Assembly (NCBI GenBank): GCA_002269645.1
Contig: NIVC01001054.1
Coordinates: 268,656-332,655, forward strand
DNA length: 64,000 nt
Direction: 5' to 3'
DNA from: Macrostomum lignano
Lineage: Eukaryota
The notes under the pieces are model-generated. The model did not search any database, was not told the DNA's origin, and was given only the letters and a program-made list of their open reading frames with translations. Shown here in pieces: positions 1 through 9,597 of the stretch; positions within the stretch are counted from its first letter, which is position 1, and each line of letters starts with the position of its first letter. The position numbers and the translations under genes are program-made.

Positions 1-142
1 CTCGTCATAAATCTCGTTGTCGTGCTATAAATTATTCGCGTTTATCCTCATTGCGCCGTCGTATCTGTCCAACTCATCGAATCCTGTCTTTGTCTCCATT
101 CAGTCTTTGTTCTTGTGACTCGCCTTTTTAAGGAGGGGAGGA

Positions 143-590
143 TGTTGTGCAATCGTGCCCTTTCTCGCCCTCCTGCCCCGCCCCAACCCTCCAGTCTGCC
201 CCACCCCTCCAATCAATAATCAATGCGTACGCCGATCACGCCACCCCGCCCCACCTCCCCTGCTGTACCGTACATTTGTTCTTAAGTTATATTCATGTAC
301 GCGTAGGACCAATGAAAAATATATATTCGCTGTCTGGAGGGCAGACTCCTCCCTTGCGCGCGTTGGTCCGCCTCCGTTGGCTATTGAATAAAACGACTCG
401 TCGATCTACCATAAAAAGTGCACGGCGAACTGCATCGGCTACGGTGTGTAAGTTCGTGTTCGCGAGTTACTGCCCTTTTTCTGCTTCTCCCTAGGGCGCG
501 GGACGGGAGCTCTGACTGGGGACCTGGGGGTCGCAGCTTCCTGACAGGTTAAAGCTGTAGGCGTTGCTCCGGAGGACGGGGCTCACAACA
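143..590 (+). mobile_element. 3' LTR (448 bp) of an LTR retrotransposon that extends off the left edge of the window
   Basis: Perfect terminal inverted repeat TGTTGTG (143) ... CACAACA (590). Immediately preceded by a polypurine tract AAGGAGGGGAGGA (130-142). Internal AATAAA near 387. Confidence 0.8.
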
Positions 591-869
591 CTCTCAATAA
601 ACAAATAACGAAGACTCGAACAAAGGCTTACCGAACGGTATTTCCCTCAGAGATGTAGCCTTGCTTAGCTGCTCCAGCAAGCTCAAGATCTTTGGAGGCT
701 GCTCCGAGTCTGATATTTCATCTCGGATTTTTCGATTGTATTTATACACAATCTTTTCGGCCTTGAGTCGACCTTCAGCTCAATCAATACCTATTTTCTG
801 CTGAGTTCCTTTTTCTGCTGAAAAAGTAATTTTCACGTTCAGCGCTTGGTTGGCAAAATCCAGCCCACG

Positions 870-1090
<221 letters not shown>

Positions 1091-1284
1091 TCTCATCGTC
1101 TCTGGCCTGCAGTCATGCACTGGGTTCTCTATCTCGCATTGAAGAAAAAATGTTTTCCGACCCCTGATGTACATGTAAACAGTAACTCACTCCTGTTAGT
1201 TCACGAGTTGTCCGACGAGTACTTTAACCAATGTCGAATCACGTCGGGCTCACCAGTTGATGAGAAAGTAGAGAGAGAGGAGTG

Positions 1285-2316
1285 TGTAGTGAGTCGCTAG
1301 TTTAGTTAGGCGCCGCACTAGTCAGCTGCTTCCCTCGCCCTCGCCCCAGGCTTCTGTCTGCCGCTGGGCAGTTGCCTGTCCCTTCCCGCCTGTCCTCTGG
1401 CCTGTCCTTTGCCCGTTTGCCTGTCTGTCTGCTTGTCCCCGTTTGCCTCGTGTTCTCGTTTTGCAGTGCCCAGACAGCTTGGTCTGGCCTGCCTCTGTTT
1501 CGTTCTCTGTTTGGCATCTCCAAATTTGGAGTGCCATTCCGTTTTCCGGTCCCAAGGTCACGAGTGCCTTCACTTTTGGGCCTTTTCCCCTTGTCATGTG
1601 ACTTCCTTCTTTAGTCCAAAGTGCAATGATTTCATCATTGTACGCTGGGCTCGTGTTTATGGGGAGATCACGTGCGCCCGGACCCCCTTGCCTCCTCTGA
1701 GGCAGGGCCCGATTGTTTGTTGCTAAAAATAGCAACAGAGTCACCCATGACTCTCAGCGGGGGTCTTTCGTGCTATGGTGCAATCGATCCTCCCTATAAA
1801 TGCAGCCCCTCTCATGGCTTGGCTCAGACAAGCCCTTGCTCCGGACTCTTTCGCCTTTCCGCGTTTCCAGCATTCAGCCTACCTGCCAACCCGCTTTCTC
1901 TGCTGTTTCCGAGAGTGATACAGAGTTTGCGTCTGAGTTTGAACTCCCAAGACTCCCGACTTTGCGCGTGTCTGCCTCTGATTGCTCCTGCTATCAATTA
2001 GCAGGCCAGCTCGGATCGCCCGAAGCTAGCACTTTCGCTCTCACCCCGCACTAGCCCGACAGGGACTGCTGACGGTGGGCACCTCTGCGCGAGAAGTGCT
2101 AAATCTGCACGAAGTGCGAGTCTCTTTCTCTCGTCTTAGTTATTTGCTTCTACGAGCTCAGCACCTCACCGAAGGCTGCGACTCTGCGAAGCTGGTGGCA
2201 GCACTACCTACGCTACGAGAACTAGTTTCTAAGAAAGCGGCACCTAGAGGTCACCGCCCTGCGCCAGGAGACCTACCAGGCCATCTCCAGTCGACATCGC
2301 AGAAGCCTGTACTTCA
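1285..2316 (+). mobile_element. LTR-like element, family A copy 1 (BEL/Pao- or Gypsy-type LTR)
   Basis: Starts TGTAGTGA, ends TACTTCA. Purine tract upstream (1261-1282). TATA-like CTATAAAT near 1794. Shares many blocks with 39543-40518, e.g. TGTTGCTAAAAATAGCAAC, CACCTCACCGAAGG and CTGGTGGCAGCACTACCTACGCTAC. Confidence 0.7.
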
Positions 2317-2317
2317 C

Positions 2318-2328
2318 TGGTGGCAGCG
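2318..2328 (+). promoter_or_regulatory. Primer-binding site complementary to the tRNA-Leu 3' end
   Basis: TGGTGGCAGCG lies 1 nt after the LTR end and is complementary to the common eukaryotic tRNA-Leu 3' end ...CGCUGCCACCA. Confidence 0.6.
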
Positions 2329-3452
2329 CTCCTATTGAAGGCCTCTAGACAGCAACAGGCAAGACACATATATACACTTCAAGTGTTTAGTGTCTAAACG
2401 CCCACTACATCCAGACCGCAATTCTGGGAACAAAATAAAAATTTTAGCTAATGCCACTTGTGAGTATTTATAACTTCGGACTTATGAAATAAAAAACAAT
2501 AAGAAAATGAAACCTTGACATATCAACTACGTATCAATAAAATACAGCAGAGTAACATGCTAAATTAAATAATTGGTAATCTTCACAAACCCATATCAAA
2601 TGTAATAATTGATTTTGTGATGATGTACCATCAGTGTTCACTCTGCAACAGCTTTCAATCCTTAACTCTGTATGCGACAATCCGAAGATTGGGCGATGCT
2701 ATTTAAACCATGCAGTAATTATTTTCCTGTCGTAAAATATTGCTGACAAGGTGAAATATGGTCTACAGACATAAATTCGCTAAGAGGAGTGTATTGATTT
2801 CAATACATGGAGCCTTATTAATTTTGGCACCGGAAGGGAAGCCTAAATAAGAGCCAGGAAGCACGCTTGATGCGCAAGAAGGCGCAATTCGTCCAAGGCA
2901 TGAGTCAGATCAGGGGTCAGCAATTTCCGGCCCGCAAAGCCTCTCTATCCGGCCCCCTCAGGTGCTTTTTAAACTTTACAATAGCAATCCGGCCTGCTCG
3001 TCTCTTTTCAGCTCTGCTTTTCTTTCTCCTCTCTTCTCTCCTCTTTTGTTTCCTCTCGGACGGATGCGGCACGACAATCAGCTTCTCGTGCTCATTGAAC
3101 TGGTCTTAAACGTGCTCTACACGTTTCTATGTAGAAAATATATTAATAAATAAGTTTTATGAAATTAGGCAAACAGAGAGGCCTGAATATGAAAATAGCG
3201 TGCACTCAGCAAGGAACCTTGACATAGTGTATCAAGCGCGCGTTTGAGCAAAGCACTCGAAAAAGAGGAATGTTGCCAGTTTCAGGTAAATAACCCGAAA
3301 TTGAGCCCTGGATCCCAAATACTGTACAATCCAACTCTGTATTTGTGAGCAAAGCCAGAGCTCTATAAGTGTATAAAAGTTTGACAGCAAAAGGCAACAA
3401 AAATTGTTCCAACGAAAAACTTCGCAAGTCCCTATACGTGAGGTATTTAAAT

Positions 3453-5219
3453 ATGGCGCACGACCTCGCAGCTCACAGCCGATCGCTGTCCTCAGCCATG
3501 GCGACTGCCGGGTTTCGCTCAACAAACGCAGCGGTGCAGAGCGGCCTCGCAATGGCAGCTGAGGAGCTGGGCCGACTGCTGGCTAAAAGCTGCCACATCT
3601 TTGGCAGCTACGCTGACGGCTGGGGCTCCAACCTGTGCTGCATCAATGGAGACGTCGCTCCAGACTCCGACATCGACGTGACGTACATCATGACAGACGC
3701 GAGCCAGCAAATCCACATTCACCCGCAAGTCGCTGACGGACAGCGGGCCGAATTTCGACACAACGACTGCCAGCTGACTGAGCCTGCGGAGTACGAGGAC
3801 GGGCACGTCAAGGCGCGCGTTCGCAGTAAGGAAATTCTCGCTATAATATCATACTAATGCAATAGATATGAAATTTAGATATGTACAGAAACGAAATTTA
3901 TCATCTACATGTGTCCTGAAAATGCAGTTTTAGCGCCGAATATCGCATTGGAAGTGTCGCGGATGTTGCCTGCAATCGACCTGATTTTGGCGCATTCCTG
4001 CTGCGGCTACCCTCACATCGAGCTGCTGCGGCCCGGATACAGGACTTGCATTTCCGATGACATCATGAGGGCGCTCAGAGAAGAGGTGCTGGGCGAGACG
4101 CCAAGGTGCCACGCCGTCAGCAGTGCGCCGCCCGGTCTAGAGGGCAGCCGACTTCGAGTGAGCACAACCCTGCTGGAAAGGTCCGTCATGCAGCATCTCA
4201 CCACCGTGCAGGGTCAGTTCTTCATCCTCGTCAAGTTCCTCATCAAGAGGGTGATCGGCAGCCGAGTGAGCGGTCTGAAGACGTACGTTGGCAAAAACTT
4301 GCTGTTCTACATGCTCGACGAGACACCGGCGAAGGACTGGAAGTCGGACAACCTGCTGGCGCTGGTGCAGCAGTCGTTGGACATTCTCGTGGCAATGATG
4401 GAGAGCTCAGACTCCGAGGACGCCTGCATGAGACATTTTTTCTTGCGTGACGCCAGAGTGTTCTTCAAGCGAGAGCACGACTCAAAATCGAGGATTGTAG
4501 CAGCCGTCCGTCAGTCAGCAGACAACCTGCTCAGCGACCTGAAACCGTTCAGAGAGTCTCTGCCTAAATTTGAGGTCAACGTGATTCTCCTTTCGTTTCT
4601 CTCTTACTACCTTCTAGCAGTAGAGTTACTGGAATGCAGTGATTTCAGCTTGACAAAATACGCTTCCACAATGCAGACGGCAACTGAGCTTTGGTTAAGC
4701 ATCAGGAGTGAAGCTCCGGTCGGGTCTCGGTCTGGCAGATTGACTCAGCTTTTGTCGGACGTCGAGCGCCAGATTCCAGACAGCGCTCAGGTCGGCAAAG
4801 CCTACCTCAGAGCCGCTGCTCTCTTCAAAATGGGTCAGCTTGTCACACCAGAGCTGGAGGAGGCGGCAGGTGCATCTCTGGGCTATATTCGGTGTCCGGA
4901 GGGCGACGACAACTCCCTGACGGTGGCTTCGGCCAAGTCGCTGGCTGTGGACAAGCTTGTGCAGACTCGCTGCCTGGGTGTCACAGCAGCAAACGGCCAA
5001 ATAGTCGACTGCCCGAAGCTGGTTAATGAAATCGGGCCGGTTGTGTCTTTGTTTGAGAAGCACCTGTGCGGCTTCAAAGTGACGAAGCAGCAAATGATTC
5101 TGGCTTTGGCTTCCGGCTCCCTTTGCGCAAGACTCTGGATGAGCAATGTGAGTGCACAAGAGATGGGGGGTCGCTTGTTTATTATTGGGAAAGGAAATGA
5201 CCTCTATTCACTCTTTTGA
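3453..5219 (+). CDS. cGAS-like receptor / Mab-21 family nucleotidyltransferase. Exons about 3453-3825 and 3928(or 3934)-5219; about 550 aa
   Basis: NTase motif FGSYADG...SDIDVTY, third acidic residue in AIDLILA, and Mab-21 C-lobe motifs RVSTTLLERSVM, LKTYVGKNLLFYML, W...NL and HFFL. Phase-1 intron GTAAG (3826) ... CAG (3927) joins the two ORFs in frame. An upstream exon is possible. Confidence 0.85.
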
Positions 5220-6159
5220 GCACCCAATTCCAAGTTAGTAGCAAAAATGAAATAGAAACGTTAGGGGAGAAAATCTTTTAACAAGTGCTGCAGTCATCAG
5301 AATGCAGGTGTCTATGCCATCGCACCTGGCTGACATGATTTACGGTATAGCTAATTATATATTAGCAGGTAAATGCAAGCTTCAAACTATATGGTTGAAT
5401 AGAAAACTCCTGGATGCTAGCGATTGCGCAATTATGTCTAAATCCAATTTGCACTGGTCCAAATCGAACACAAAGCACCATGCTCCGTTCTCCGCTTCAA
5501 GGCAACCGAGTACAACTCAAGGAACACTATAGTGGGCAGGCATCTGCGTCACTTGGATATTTTTAGGCAGATCAGCGTTCAAAGACAAAGCGATCGGCAG
5601 CAAGACGCTCAAGAAGGAAGAGGGGACAAGCGAGGAGACCCAGACGACGAGTCACAAGGCGATTTGAATGACAAGAATGCCCAACAATGAAACCATATAT
5701 ATACAGCGTACTGAAAAGTATCTCTATCTAAAGTGAATTCCTGAATCTGCGAAATTCAGATGTTAAAGCCCTCACCGGGCTCACCCTAGTTAACAACAGC
5801 AAGCTGTATTATTCTAGACTTTTCTAATTGTAGAAATTTTCGATGAGATATCTGTTTAACCCAGTCCGAGCTGTTTGTCATGGAAAATTGATTTGGATGC
5901 GTAGCTCTTTACTTATTTCGACTGCTGATTAGCACTTCAAATTTGTCTTCGTAATGAACATGCAGCTGCCTAATCATTAAGTGAAGACGCTTCTAAAAAA
6001 GACTGTGAATCATATTTCAAACGGTAAAAATAACAACACGACAACATGGTAATTCTGATTGGGCAGATATGAGTCTGTTTTCAAACGCTTCAAAATGAAT
6101 TCTTAAATTGACAGAGGCGTAAGCGTAAGCAGGAATTCTAATTGGAGGGTGCCGCAACC

Positions 6160-6262
6160 CGGTCTCTTAGTGGGCGCCCCTGTCTCTTGGTATGCGCCCC
6201 TGTCTCTTGGTGTGCGCCCCTGTCTCTTGGTGTGCGCCCCTGTCTCTTGATGGGCGGCACCG
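6160..6262 (+). repeat. 19-bp GC-rich minisatellite (GCGCCCCTGTCTCTTGGT(G/A)T), about 5 copies
   Basis: Direct reading; a related array lies at 8792-8895. Confidence 0.85.
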
Positions 6263-6686
6263 GTGTTATGCCAACCATTATCCTAGGCAGAAAAGTATTC
6301 GGCTGAATAACTTTGGATGCGTTATTTTATCTGGGCCCAGATTGAATACGGCACGACATAAGTCATGCCAAGCACACTCCTAGGCTGATTTCTCTCTGGG
6401 GTTTACGAGATTAAAAACCTGTCAATAATCACAGTTTAAGCCGTGATCTGATATCACCTACATAAACACTGCTGAAAATTTATAGCCACGCATTCTCGTC
6501 CGCAAGTCTGTTGACAAAATTTTAAAGTCCTCTGACATTCAGTACATCAAAATCTATGCAGTATACGTACAATTGTACATTTTGTGACGCAATACGTTGC
6601 CTATAAATAACTGCAAGTTTAAATATTTCGACTAAACTGGACTTCGTGCACTTGGCTTTCTTATTTTGAGGTACTAATACAAAAAC

Positions 6687-8190
6687 ATGTCTGTCGCGTA
6701 TTTCGACATAAAACTTTACTTGCTTAGTGGCGCATACGACGTCCCTGCGTCTTTGACAACAACTAAGGAGAAGAACAACTTCAAAAGCAAGGTTCGGCAG
6801 AAGCGCGCAACTTCAGGCACGAGGGCCAGCAGCTGTTCTATCAGCTCTCAGCTCGGGATGATAGTCAGAAGAAGCGCCATAGGTCAAGTGAGTGTCGCCT
6901 GGAGGTGGAAGATCAAGAAGAACGGTGTCGATTAATTTAAGAATCACACCTCTGTGACTGGAGGAGCTCATCAGGGGATAAAGTCCACCCTATCGAAGCT
7001 GCAGGGGCGATTTCATCGGGACGGCATGACAAAATCTGTGCAAGATTACCGTACGTTCAGAATTGCGCCGTCTGCCAGCGCAACAAGAGGGCCGTGGCGA
7101 ACGAACCCCAGTTGACGCCAATTTTAATTCCGTTGATGGCCGAACGAGTATTCGGTTTTGTCTGTGTTGACTACGTCAGGTTCGAGTCATCTTCGAAAGG
7201 TGATTGATTAATAGATTAATAGTTTTTGTGGTTACATGTATCAAATCAAACTAGCATACTCTCATTCATTTTAATGTAAACTTAGCAACACAATGCTCCA
7301 CTGGGAGTCAATACCTGCTGACAATTTGCTGCAAATTTACCAAATTTGCATTGGCGTCAGCGCACAGCAGGAACGACGCACAGACAGCCGCAAAACAGCT
7401 GTACAAGGCCTTCTGCGTCTTCTCCCGGCCCGACATCTTGCTGACCGATCAGGGACAAGGGTTCAACAACAACCTGAAGAGCTGCTTGTCTGAGAGGATT
7501 GATAAGAGACGAACCTCTGCTTATCCCCCCCCCAGGTTAGTGAGGTGAATATTTTTTCCCTTACATGCTCTCTCAATTATAAGTCTTAATTCGAATAAAT
7601 TCGTATTCGATATTAAATAACTGACAATGCTCTTTCAGACCAACGGTCAGTGCGAGCGCCTCAACCAGAGCTTAGTCGCAGCTCTGCGCAAAATTTGCGA
7701 CCAGGACTCTGACTCTGCGGCATGGGATGATTATGTCGATGGCGCAGTTCTGGCGTACAACAGTCGCGTGCACTCGACAGCTGGCGTCTTGCCTTACAAG
7801 GCCGTGTTCGGCAACGAACCAAGACTTCCCCATGACAGCATCGGACCAGCAGACGCTGCCATGGTCGGTGACGTCACGATTCGTCATGTAGAGAGAAAGG
7901 CAGAATCGCGTGGGCGGACCATTGAGTTGATGCGTCGACGCATCCGTCGGGCGCAGCAAGCTATGCAGCAGTACCATCAGCAGCGTCTGGCGTCTGCCAG
8001 CAGCCTCAGCATCAAAACCGGAGACAAGGTGCTGCTGCGGAACTTTGACCGCGACGATCGGAAACGCGGCAAACTGTAGACACCATGGTGCGCCAAGGTT
8101 TACACGGTCGAACGTGTCCTAAGCAACAACTAAGGGAGATTTACAGCGATCAATGGCCGCCACCGGAAAAAATACCACGAATAGGTGATC
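6687..8190 (+). mobile_element. Degenerate intron-containing Gypsy-like integrase (Ginger-type DNA transposase)
   Basis: N-terminal YLLSGAY...KRA-NF...LFY, HHCC zinc motif (ESH...GAHQGIKST...CAVCQ), catalytic CVD / TDQG / NGQCER, and a GPY/F-like tail (KL*TPWCAKVYTV). Introns 7200-7285 and 7536-7638 keep the frame. Frameshifts and stops in the N-terminus. No RT or gag nearby. Confidence 0.8.
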
Positions 8191-8791
8191 TACAGAATTT
8201 GAATTTCTATTATTTGACAGTAGTTTTAGGCTTCTAATTAAAAAAATCGAAATGCTTCGTATGAACTAGAGACTAAAAAAGGTTTTTAACTTGACTCACT
8301 AGAAACTTTGTGCTTTAGACCAATGTCAACTTAATGGGAGATTTTGAAAGCTCGTATAGGACTTAATCGATAAGGAAATTTGATAATTCAACATATGCTC
8401 GTAATTTTTTGTGTATGTTTGCAAAATGTGCAGGATTTATCTAAAGGACAGGCTAAATTAGCTATTTACGGTTAATATATATTTCACATTATGCCTTATA
8501 ACATTATAATGTCCATTGACTAATTTTGTGTACGAGTACTTCATTCAGTTCTGGATTGTTGTTGTCTTTTTGTTGCAATGTATACTTTGCAGTAATAATT
8601 TATTGTCTACTCGCAATGTTGTCGGAATATTTTAAGACGAATAAAATAAGGCATAAGATAGTTTCTGCTCTGTGAGAGAATTCAAAATGACCGAATGAGT
8701 TTGGATAACTGAAAAGTAATTTGGCCAATACGTTTGTCGTCTTATTTCATTCAGCCGAATAAAACAAGGCAGAATTTTTTTAAGACGTGAC

Positions 8792-8895
8792 ACCGGTCTC
8801 TTGGTGGGCGCCCCTGTCTTTTAGTGGGCGCCCCCGTCTCTTGTTGAGAGGCCCCGGTCTCTCGGTGGGCGGCCCTGTCTTTTGGTGGGCGTCAC
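8792..8895 (+). repeat. GC-rich minisatellite related to 6160-6262
   Basis: CCGGTCTCTTGGTGGGCGCCCCTGTC-type units in the same orientation. Confidence 0.8.
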
Positions 8896-9597
8896 TAAAG
8901 CTATCTCCTATTGGTCAGGTTGATGCCAACTTAAAGAGGTGGCAGAAAGTTGAGCTTCTCTGTAATTCGTCTAGCTTTGGAGCGCAATTCTTGTGACGAA
9001 AAGTAGAAACTTTCATGGTTACTCCATCAAAATTGTTTAGCTAGCACAAGGCCTGGGTAGGTTTACTCAGCAGCGAGAATATATACTTGGCTAAAACTGA
9101 CAAAAGAAAAACTGCCTGTCACTTGTGGCTACTGTGCGTACATTTTAGTTGGCTAATTCAGAAGAGAAAAATTGTTCTCTAAAAACAGAAACATCTAGCT
9201 ACAGACCATGGGTCCTGACCGACCGAAATCTGTTCTGGTTATAACTGCTCTTAAAGACAAGCTTGCATACACAGCAAAGAGTTTACTCGAAAGCGGAAAG
9301 ACTAACCCATACTATAAGCTGCGAGCGCATGAGACATTCTGTTTGAATTGGGTTTCTTTCTTGCTCCGAATTTGGACAGAAATGCACCCGTGCCAATTGG
9401 ATGTACATTGTTGTTTTCATGTCTAGGTTTGAGGTGGAGCCACGTCAGAAGTTGAGAGGTGCTGTTTCTCTCTCCATCTTTTCTTCATTCTCTATATAGT
9501 GCAAAAAGAGAAAGCCAAGCATAAGCAACGCCCTCAAAGAAATTTCGTTTGCAAGAAATTATAGTTAAACGAAAGTTGAAATTCAAGCAACAGAATT

